Positions 22,342 through 32,778 of a DNA stretch of 64,000 bases are shown piece by piece (the stretch's first letter is position 1; every line of letters starts with the position of its first letter). This DNA is from Camelus dromedarius (taxonomy: Eukaryota). The stretch lies in contig NC_087437.1 of the NCBI RefSeq assembly GCF_036321535.1, forward strand, positions 109,864,001 through 109,928,000. Reading direction: 5' to 3'. A model generated the notes under the pieces. That model was given only the letters and a program-made list of their open reading frames with translations, had not been told where the DNA came from and made no database searches. Position numbers and translations under genes: made by a program.

Positions 22342-22972
22342 TCAGCATGATATTCTAATAAATGGAGATTGCCAAGTCCCAAAGGAAGAAAAAGCTGGTT
22401 GGAAACTGACATGTGTAGGGAACAGGTTGAACATAATTAAACACAAAGTCCAGGGGTATGAAGCTGCTGGACTCATAACCTAGAGGTTGACAGTCATAGG
22501 AGAGATATCTCAAAGGATGGTAGGTGCTGGATGCAAAGTTCAGTGGTCGATACCCGCAAGAGATGATGTCCTGTAGCTGACAGCCATAAGCAAGTTGGTT
22601 CTGGGAGCAGCAACTACTGGATAGAAAGTTCTGAGGTCTCTTATATATTGATGGTTGACAGCAGCTGGAGAGATAAGAACTGACAGGAAAACAACTAGTT
22701 GCTCTGCAAAGTCTGGAGACACAATAAGTAGTGGAAGGGTAGCAAGAAATTTCACAGATATAGGCACACAACCGGACGGCTGGTACCTGGAAGGTTTACC
22801 CCGTGTCTCTGGGAAGTTGTCCAGAAGCCAGGTTCTGTTTTGACTGGGCAAGCCAAGAGCATCACCATAGTTCACACCAGTAGAGTAGAGAGTAGTGGAT
22901 GAGGTAACAGGAACATGGCAGCTACTAAGAGCAGGAGCCACAGTTTCCAGAACAGGGGTTGTTGTATGACAC
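22342..22972 (-). pseudogene. KRTAP25-1: KRTAP25-1 locus: frameshifted KAP25/KAP26-like pseudogene
   Basis: Start codon mutated (act GTG TCA TAC AAC, 22970-22972). Three frameshifts at about 22931, 22760 and 22408. Reconstruction: [V]SYNNPCSGNCGSC/LSSCHVPVTSSTTLYSTGVNYGDALGLPSQNRTWLLDNFPETRGKPSRYQPSGCVP/ICEISCYPSTTYCVSRLC...IYKRPQNFLSSSCCSQNQLAYGCQ...QPVPYTC/SFQPAFSSFGTWQSPFIRISC*. The C-terminal half aligns with recalled human KAP25-1 (MHNRSQGFFFSSCHPQNH...SFQPACSDFVGWQSPFLRRTC). It lies about 7 kb from KRTAP24-1, as in human. Confidence 0.88.
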
Positions 22973-23051
22973 AGTAGAATCTGAAATAAGGATTTCAGAT
23001 AAGCAGTAAAGAGCAGCTTGTCTAAGTCTACATGAAACTAGACCAGATTGC

Positions 23052-23058
23052 TTATATA
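23052..23058 (-). promoter_or_regulatory. TATA box of the KRTAP25 locus
   Basis: TTATATA on + is TATATAA, 80 bp upstream of the mutated start; the same 7-mer serves KRTAP26-1 and KRTAP27-1. Confidence 0.7.
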
Positions 23059-24400
23059 CTTTGGTGGATTTATACCTGGATTCTCTTTGCCCCTATTTTA
23101 GATCAGTTTGCATCATAACATCTCATTAGTTCATTGTGATGCTGTCTGTGAGGATGGCTTCCTACCCATCCATAAAATAAATCCAGCTTGCATCTTCTGT
23201 CTTAATCTTTCCCTTGTTTATCAGGCTTGAGAATGTATGATATAATCACCTGTGTATTTTATCTGCTTTGCTTCTGTTCCCACCCCTTAATAATGCCTGG
23301 TTAAATGGAGTCCATTTGAATGGGTGTTTATTCTGGTCATTACATACATAGTTAGGAAGACATAGTCTTCATCTTTGAACAGGAGACTTTATGTTGCAGT
23401 ACTTGGAGGAAGTGTTGATGTACTGAAATAGTGTCCATATTTCAAAACTTATTGGATTTACCAGATGGAAAATCTCATACTATTCCCTATTTTTAATACT
23501 CAGCTGAGAATTTAATTGTGTGATAGTGTTCTCTGTATATTTATCCTGACAGTCAATTTTATGAAAACATCTTAGAGTACATTTTAAAGAGCTCTACCCT
23601 GACAACTTGATATTTCTTTGTGCTTAAAAATCGGATTTGATTTCTGAAAACTTGAGGAAATGGATGTACTATTTCTACATGGTAACATTGATGACATACT
23701 TCCTTTTACTAGTAAAATTGTCTTACATTTCTATTGGTGGCATTCAACTAAAAGGATAAAAATGCTATTAAAAGCCATCAGCCTTTGCACTAGCACACTA
23801 GAATTGATGGATGTCTTCACCTGAGATAATTTACTGAAATACTTGGATCTTCATGCAATTAAAGTTAGCAAGGATTAAGAAAAAGTTTAATATCTCATGA
23901 AGGAAGATGTCTGAAAAATTCATACTTGTACACCACGACATAATGATCTCTGTGCCTCATTTTGGATTCTCCCCCAAAGATGTGAGTTAATCTGTACAGA
24001 CCTCTATTTCCTGGAGTCAGGAGTCTAATAGAACCAGAAATATCTCTCTTCAAGCTGCATCACAGATGGTGAAAGATGGTGTTGGGAATGTGCAGAGGAG
24101 AGTAAAGATTCCAAGCAGCCACTTGGCATCTGAGAGCATCACTGATGATCCTTTTGGAGGATGCTTTCCTATTGCATAACAGTCCCAGTTTCTTTAGGGA
24201 GCATGGCTTTAGTGAGCCATGGTAAAATCAATAACCGTGAAGTCACTTCCCCTCTGCAGAATCCTCTTTGCCCATCCATGCCCATTGTCCCTATAATGTC
24301 CACTGAAGGGTCTAAAAGGCTGATTGACTTTTTTTCTTTTACTGAGGAAAGATATTGAAAAATGCTTATAGCGCTTTTCAAGTAAGAGTAGGAAAATCTT

Positions 24401-24458
24401 ATACACCCATGCAAGCATGTGCAGAAAGAGAGAGGGAGGGAACGAGGGGGATCGGGTG
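24401..24458 (+). repeat. 58-bp G-rich unit, copy A (copy B at 25551-25608)
   Basis: atacacccatgcaagcatgtgcagaaagagagagggagggaacgagggggatcgggtg versus atatacctatgcaagcatgcacagaaagagagagggagggaaggagggggatggggtg: 52/58 identical, offset exactly 1150 bp. Confidence 0.9.
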
Positions 24459-25524
24459 TGAGCACACTTAGGATTTTTTTTTTTTTTTTTAAACGTCACA
24501 AAAAGCATGGCATTGGGTGCAGATAGAACATAAGGTTTCTCTCTTCTGAATTTCAGTTTTTCTGTCTCAGGTAGTGGAAGAAGAAATATTTGACATCTCA
24601 CATGGGGAATTTTTAAAGTCAATATACCATATTCTTCCTCAAAGAAAGCCTCAGATCACATTACTATGAGTCCTTTTAATGGTAGAAAATAACAGAAGAG
24701 ATTGGAATCATTAAGAGTTGAGAGTTTGAGAAGTCTATTTGACAATTTTTCCATTTCCTCTAAGAACTTCAAGCCCTCCAGACAAATAAAATCTCCCAAA
24801 CTCTTATGTGCTTCCAAAAAAGATTCCTTTTCTTAACTTGATAAGTCTCCACCAAAATAGTTTTTTGTGTGTATGACACCTCAATTCCTCATGATTCAGT
24901 TTAAGATTCTCTTCACTTTTGTTCTTTGTAAAGTACAAACACAACTGATAACCAACTAATCTATAAAAGATCTTCCTCAGCGTGTAATCATGCTATATAT
25001 GAGTTTTAAACAGAAAACAAAATCTTTCTTTTTGGTCTACAGTGAGAATAGATTTGGTTTCCATTGAGCTGCTATTAAAATGTAACTGATAACTGGGACA
25101 CCATTGAGGCTAGCATTATCAAGCTAAACGTGATCCCATTGTCAGTCATTGTAATTAAAATACAAGTTAGATGTAGGGCATGCAACCTGGGTATCATCAA
25201 CCGTTTAGCACAACGTATGGCAAACGCAGGAGAGGGCCAACATGCATACTTAGCTGACAGGTGTCCTGTTTCTTCATCAGTAAGACAGAGATAAGACCTC
25301 TCAAGTTATGAGAAATATTAGGGTCAATATGTACAAAATGTCTGGAACTGGAAATGTAGAATAAATGATGTATCTTTTTTCTACAATTTTCTTTCAAGAA
25401 CTTGTATAAAGAAGACCTGAAATATTTGAAAATCAAGTAAATTATTGTAAAATGGGACATAAGTTCTGAAACAGATGGATATGGATTTGATTTTCACCTA
25501 TTCCTTGAAACATACATATATATT

Positions 25525-25608
25525 TATTCATATATAATATAATATAATATATATACCTATGCAAGCATGCACAGAAAGAGAGAGGGAGGGAAGGAGGGGG
25601 ATGGGGTG

Positions 25609-25657
<49 letters not shown>

Positions 25658-25665
25658 ATATATAT
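25525..25665. repeat. Compound (TA)n/(TAATA)n/(CA)n microsatellite enclosing copy B of the 58-bp unit
   Basis: tatataatataatataat - [58-bp unit] - atatatatatatacacacacacacacacacacatatatatatatataatata. Confidence 0.85.
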
Positions 25666-27314
25666 TATTCTTAGACAACTTGTTTGATTTTTCTAAACCT
25701 AAGTGTTCTTGCTTGTAAAAACACAATGATAATTTTGGTACATGAGAATGGTAATAAGGATTAACATGGTAATTTAAAGATATGACAGACATTAGTAGTT
25801 GTTCTCCATGCTTCCCATCCAATAGTAAACATTTATGTCAGTATTGATTGATCAAGCCATAGTGCCTGGCTATAAACATCCAGTAGTTTTGGCAAAAGGT
25901 TATATCAGTGAGACATGGCAGTTTTAAGTTAAGACAAGTGACTGAACAACTGGAATTTTAAAAGTAGCCATTTTAGGAACTAGGACTGTAGCCCTGTAAT
26001 TACAGTGCAGGTTGAAGACAATACTGAACACAAGATTTGGTAAATTGAAGCAAGAGCATCAAATATCTGAATTCTGCAAAATAAAGCTAAGTTTTTCATA
26101 GTTGTACATTGGAACTTAGATATAATATGGCAGTATGTGGGGATTTTTTCTTTCTACCCAAATTTATCTCAAATTAATCCTTGCTCCATAGACTACTGAA
26201 AGCTTTACTAGTTGTATGTCCCCCTCTTCTTCCAGGACACATGATTGTTTTATATCTAACAGCCTTTCCTGTGGTCATATAAGGCCAAGCGGCTGAGTTC
26301 CATGCTTAGCTAAAGTGGAATGCGACTTCTAGGGCCATCTTGGTAGTCACGTCTTAAAGAGTCAGACCTCTGCCAACTAATTTCTAAATGACTGCATGAA
26401 GTGCGGCTTCCCTGCTGACCTCTTTCCTTGCCCAGTGTTGTTGGAAAGGCAAGGATGTGTTTAAAACCAATATATATTTGGTGTCTTGCTTGTCACACCC
26501 AAACCCTACTCTAAGTAGCAGAGTCCTTCTGAGACTAAATTTACTGTTACCCAAATGATCCTCATGCAAAGCCCTCGAAGCAGCCATATACTGTGTGTAC
26601 ACACGTTGACAATACATTTTCATAGGTCCTTTTTAATTAATCATTTTTTAACCTTTGGAATAATTTCAATATACTCCATAATTAATCCAGAGTACAAAAA
26701 CGGTCAACATCGCATAAAGCAGTTGACATAAACCAAGAGAATAACGAGATATAAAATATCGGTTCATGAGTCTTAGGAATTCCTTGAAGTTGCTGTTAAA
26801 ACCCCACAAATGGAGACACATAATGGGGAAAATTCATTTATGGCTACGTTTTTTTCATAAAATGAATATATATATATATGTGAATACTTAAGAAGATTAA
26901 TACTGTATTTTTAGAAGTGATAAATGTGAAAAAGTCTTCATTTTGGAATTAAAACTTACTTTGCATTCTTTGAAGACATAACCTAAATTCAAAATCTAAT
27001 TCATTTTCTGGGAAACTTGGCATCGATATCATATCCAAGTGTATCTTTCCCAGTGAAGAATGGTGACCTGGAAAGCTTCGACTATCTTTGTTAAGATCCA
27101 CACTCAGAGAGACTATATGTCACTTGTTCTTTCATTAACATAAAACTGAAAGTGTTAGCACACATATTTTGATAAATGTTACACAAAAAAGAGGTCATAC
27201 ATCTCTTTGGATGCTTATTTAAGTGAATTTTAGTATAACATTGCACATATAGAGTGATGTTTATAACCTGTTTCCATTTTACTATTTTTCAAAGAATATC
27301 TTTCACGTGTAAAT

Positions 27315-27363
27315 AATTCATATTTTTGAAAGAATTCATATTTTTGAAAGAATTCATATTTTT
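27315..27363. repeat. 18-bp tandem repeat, 2.7 copies
   Basis: AATTCATATTTTTGAAAG at 27315 and 27333, with a partial copy at 27351; copies are identical. Confidence 0.9.
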
Positions 27364-29459
27364 CTGATTACTTACTTAAGAAGGACAATCTAATTTATGA
27401 TTAAGTTGTTTTCTAAAGGTTTATTCACCTGTTGATTATTTGGTGTTAGAATTTGTTTCTATGAGGAAAACAAATGGAAATTCCTCAACTAGTTTGCTAA
27501 AAAGAAAAATGTTTTAATAATAATAAATAACTCAATCTTGACCACATTATTTGGATAAATGGACTTTTATGCATTCCTTGAGGAGTTTATTTAGAGAAAC
27601 TGCTTATATCATTGTGTCTCTGGAAATATGCTTTTGATGGGAAAATAATAGATCTTTTATAGAATAGTGTTCTTGTTCCCAGGTTTCAGTATTATCTTTC
27701 TGAGTGGTGAAGCAGCAGGAGCAGGCATGCGTAGTCAGACTGAACATAGCCAGAACTCATGACTTTGACACTATCTACCTATAAAAGCCTACTCTATGAC
27801 GTTTCTGAGCTTTACTTTTCTCATATGTAAAATGGGTACAGTAAATACCACCTCACTAGTAACTTTCAGAATTTAATGGAAAAAAAAAAAAAGATGAAAG
27901 TCCCTGACCGTTGTTCCCTCGCACAACCTGATTGAAGCAGGTTTGCGATTACTCTAAGATGTGATGCACAGCAATCAGGGTCAAGGTGGGTTTGACTGGA
28001 CCTGCTTTTTAGTTTGCTGACAGCTTGTAGAAAAGGCACACTTTCTCCTTAAGAAGAGAGGTGTCCCTCAGTCAAGTTCACAAAGAGCTGAACTTCCTTC
28101 CTAGAAACTAAAAGATCTCTCATAGTTCATTTATGTGAATTTAGTCATTAGATGAGTCTTCTCCCCATTTACAACCTCAGGAAACTTCCACCCTGGCACT
28201 GAGTACACTACTCCTGCGCACGTATATTCAAAACCACATTTACATGGAATCCCTATGATACTGGTAGCACTATAAATACATTTTATGATCTTTGGTTAAA
28301 CTGAAAATGGAATGAGCCAGGCTGTAATTCTTTTTATTGAGTAGGGATTGTCTGTAGTAACTAAGTGCATACTACACCCTCCTTACACTGATGTTTAAAG
28401 AAAATTTTTTAAAGATAAGCCAACTGACTATTTAATTCATTCAATCTGGCAAATGGGTACCATAACAACATGTCTTTTCTGATTCTGGAATACGATGTTC
28501 CCCAATGATACATGAGAACAAACCAGTCAAGATCCCAAGTACACCCAGAAGTTTGAGTGTCTCAATGATTAATGCCACAGGGTGGATCTATCCTTTAAAT
28601 TTGTTAACAGCCAGCAATGGAATTGTGCTGTTGTGTTACTGGATTGTGGATACTCTGGATTATTATTGTCCACCATTAGATACCCCTGGCATAATTAATT
28701 GGACTTGTTATAAATAAGAAGTGCCTTTCCTTTCTGTTATTCAGTTAGTGCACAAGTTCATATGTAGTGAAGTAAATAATGCTGACTTATCTTCAATATG
28801 CTATATTTCCAAGTCCCTGTGTAGATAAAATATAACACAAGTAACAAAAGAATAGAAATGTTGTTATCTCTCCCCTGAGGCCCAACAAATACAACAAAAT
28901 GAAAAATATTATGTATAATCTTTTCAACTGCCTTCTAAAATGGGTTTACATACAAGGAGGTCAGTTTGTTCTTTGAGCACATTGATTGGCATAGCTGTGT
29001 TAAGTTTGGGAATAAGGTCTGGAGGGGGCTGGATTTCTGTTCATGGGAGATTAAGATCTGGAGTTCTCTGAATCAGTTCACATGAGAGTGGAATGGGGAA
29101 AATGGAAGCAGAATTGCTAGTACGGGGAAGTTAAATGACCCACCTTTGACCAATCTTTCCAGTAATATTATTCGCTTACTGCTTCTGAATAGTAGTGAAG
29201 GGCTGTGGATAGCTCCTCGGTGGATAACTAGTGAACTAGTGCAAGCAGGATCAGGGAGCAGATGGGACTATAATTCCCCGGGAATTAGTAGAAGTAATTG
29301 AATGGTACAGGATTTTCATGCCATGGAAACGGCAGGGGTTACAGTCAATTATAGCCACACATAAGAGAAGACAAAACTCTGTCTTCTACCATAGCTCTGT
29401 CTGTATTTTGTTATGAATTTGTAAAGGTAGAAGAGTCTCAAATAAATTCCTCTCTTTGT

Positions 29460-30410
29460 TCATGTTATTCAGTGTTTTTTCTCTGTGTCTCATTCTGGAT
29501 AGTTTCTGTTGCTACGTCTTGAAGTGTATTAACGGTTTCTTCCGTAAGTGTCTAATTTTCTGCTAGTGCGTTTTCTGCCTCGGGCACTATAATTTCCACC
29601 TCAGTTTTACTTATACCTTTCATGTCTCTATTTAACAGGAACAGTCTTTCCTCTAGCTTCTTAAACATATGGAATACAGTTATGCCAACCATTTTTATGT
29701 CCTTGTCTAAAAATTCTAGTATCTGTGTCATTTGTGGGTTACCTTTGATTGATTGATTTTTCTTTACCATAGGTCTTATTTTACTGTTTCTTTGCGTGCT
29801 TGGTAATTTTTTATTGGATACCAGATATTATGATTTAATTCTCTGTGAGTTGTATATTTTTGTATTTCTATAAATACTCTTGAGTTTAGCTCTGGGCCAC
29901 AGTTAAGTTACTTGGAAACAGTTTGATTCTTTTGGATCTGACTTTTAAGCATGTGGGACTAAAGCAGTAATTAATCTAAGGCTACTTTGGCCCCAGCACC
30001 CAGGGAAAATCCTTCTGTTTTCTACTTTGTCTGGAATGAACACAAATCAGTTTATCAGTTTTCTACTCTGTCTGGTATGAACACAAACTGTCCAAAACCC
30101 TCTGAGAGCTCTGAATATCTTTTGTTCACTTTTTTCAGGTGGAAGAGTGTGGCAGTTTCATGCAATTTTTCACATGCAGATACTGATGGTTAAGATCTGG
30201 ATGTAAATGGGTTTCGTGGACCATCTATGAACCTCTGGGACTCTCCTTCTGTTCAACTGTCTCTTCCCTGTCATTCAGGGATCACTGCCCATCTTTGCCT
30301 GTTGTCCAATGTCCCCCAAACCCATGTTTCACCTATTTTGCCTAGTATTATGATTAGTTTAGATGAAAGAATAAATCCTGCCGCTGTTACTTCATTTTGG
30401 TTGAACCTCT
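29460..30410 (-). mobile_element. Ancient L1 (L1ME-like) 5'/ORF1 relic
   Basis: The minus-strand translation 29552-29770 (KNQSIKGNPQMTQILEFLDKDIKMVGITVFHMFKKLEE...) resembles the N-terminal ORF1 region of old mammalian L1s. Boundaries approximate. Confidence 0.65.
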
Positions 30411-31902
30411 TTTGAACGTCTGCTGTCATAAAGAGAAACATCTAATACACACACACAAAATCAATTTCCCTTCTTTTAGAACATATATAAATATAGATCC
30501 CATACTTTGTAGCCTATTAGGGTGACATTCTCCTTCCTGTAAAAACCTTATTTATGCCCAACAATCATTCTTGTTTAATCTTAAGCCATTTTTTTACATA
30601 TGGTCATTTTTAGCATAAAGAACAATTTCTCAGGATACCATTCATGAAAAGAAAAATATAGCTAGATTCCCCCCTTTAGGCGAAAAAAGTCTCACTTCTT
30701 TAACTTTTATCCATGAGATATATTTATATTCATTCTCATGTAGTTTCTTTTCTTTTGTTTTTCAAGTAAACCAAGTATCAATACTCTACAAAAGGGCTCT
30801 TAAATCTGAAAGGAATGTAACCTTTCAGCTAACAAATATTTACTTCCCTGTTAATACAATCCAGAATGATACTGCCATTGTAAGCGTCTACGTATTTGCT
30901 GTGTGGTCATCTACATCCTTGAAATTTTTTTCTCTTCATTTTCGTAAAAGTCTCTATTCAACACATCAAACATATCACAAGTATCAAAAACTGATAAGCA
31001 ATTATGATGTAAGTATATGTTTACTCTTAAGAATACTTTGATGAAGCTTACCTAAGCAACACCTCCATAAAAAAGTGTCCAATAAATCTTAAAGGTTAAA
31101 ACATGGCATGCTCATGTGGAATATACACATACTTCTCACAGGTAATATACCCATGAATGGACCTGGAGCATCTTTGAATGCCAAAAAGTAAGGAGTGCTC
31201 AAAAACAAAAGTAAATTAAACAGCTATGAAGATATGTCAAAGAGACCCAGGAGCTTGCAGAAAGCACTCTTAATGACTCAAACTGGAATGATTCAAGCAA
31301 CAAAATAAATAAGATAATATTAGATTATATCCCAAAGTATAAAATATATAGCCATGTGTCCACACTGATATAAATAAATCACTGTATAAATAATAAGTAG
31401 GGGAAAGTAGACAAATCTTCTATGCAGAAGGATTCCAAACAATGCCTGTAAATGTTTCTCCCTTGAAAAATTACATAACTTTCACTTAAGTAAGGACTAT
31501 ACACAGTGGCTTCCTTTCAAAAGCACAGTTACAGGTGAGGGAAAACAAATCCTATACAGCAAGGAATTCTGACAAACACTATCTCAGCCAAGTGATCAAG
31601 GTTAACATGAATAATGATAAGTCATGTTGATGGCATTACTCTTGACATAGAACATTACTCCAATGGTGTTTCTCCTTAAAACCCATAAGCCAAGTCAAAT
31701 CCTATAAAAATATCATGCAGATTCAAATTGAGGACATTCTACAAAATTCCTGAGTAGTACTCCTCAGAACTGTCAAAAGAATCAAAAATAAACAAACAAA
31801 ATTTTTTAGAAAGTGTCACAGTCAAGAGTAGCCGAAGGAGATATGACAACTAAATACACTGTGATACCCTGAATGGGATCCTGGAACTGAAAAAGAACAT
31901 TA

Positions 31903-32062
31903 NNNNNNNNNNNNNNNNNNNNNNNNNNNNNNNNNNNNNNNNNNNNNNNNNNNNNNNNNNNNNNNNNNNNNNNNNNNNNNNNNNNNNNNNNNNNNNNNNN
32001 NNNNNNNNNNNNNNNNNNNNNNNNNNNNNNNNNNNNNNNNNNNNNNNNNNNNNNNNNNNNNN
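31903..32062. other. Assembly gap (160 N)
   Basis: Run of N at the left end of a young L1 insertion. Confidence 0.98.
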
Positions 32063-32778
32063 GTATACATAAACCACAACTTCTTTATCCAATCATCTGT
32101 TGATGGACATTTATGTTGCTTCCATGTCTTGGCTATTGTAAATAGTGCTGCCATGAACAATGTGGTGCATGTATCTTTTCAAATTAGAGTTTTCTCCAGA
32201 TATATGCCCAGGAATGGGATTACTGGATCATACAGACACTCTATTTTTAGTTTTTAAAAGAACCTCCATACTGTTTTCCATAGTAGCTGTACCAGTTTAC
32301 ATTCCCATCAAGAGTGTAGGAGGGTTCCCTTTTCTCCACATTCTCTACAGCATTTATTGTTTGTGGACTTTTTAATAATGGACATTCTGACCAGTGTGAG
32401 GTAATACCGCACTGTAGTTTTGATTTGCATGCCTCTAATATTTAATCTAAAACATGATACAAATCAACTTATTTACAAAACAGAAACAGGTTCACAGACA
32501 TAGAAAACATACTTATGGTTATCAAAGAAGAAAAGGGGATGGAGAGGGATAAATTAGGAGTTTGGAATTAGAAGATACAACTTACTCTGTATAAAGTAGA
32601 TAAATAACAAGGTCCTACTGTAGAGCCCAGGGAACTATATTCATTATCTTGTAATAAACCCTAATGGAAGATAATATGAAAAAGAAAAAAAATATATATA
32701 TATAACTGAATCAGTTTTGCTGTACCCCAGATACAGAAACTAACACAGCATTGTAAATCAACTATACTTCAATTTAAG
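31903..32778. mobile_element. 5'-inverted young L1 nested in L1MC
   Basis: 32063-32445 is the L1 ORF2 C-terminus on the minus strand (MFMAALFTIAKTWKQHKCPSTDDWIKKLW). 32446-32778 is the distal 3'UTR on the plus strand, ending caactatacttcaattta. TSD AAAGAAYATTA at 31892-31902 and 32779-32789. Confidence 0.85.

Noticed and set aside
22355-22941. Treating the 138-aa (22355-22771) or 133-aa (22540-22941) ORF as a functional KAP25-1
   Set aside because: They begin at TTG/GTG rather than ATG. Each is homologous to KAPs for only part of its length and drifts out of frame; they are two frames of one pseudogene.
29552-29770. 72-aa ORF (and 32160-32375, 51452-51787)
   Set aside because: L1 ORF1/ORF2 relics or antisense L1 translations, not host genes.
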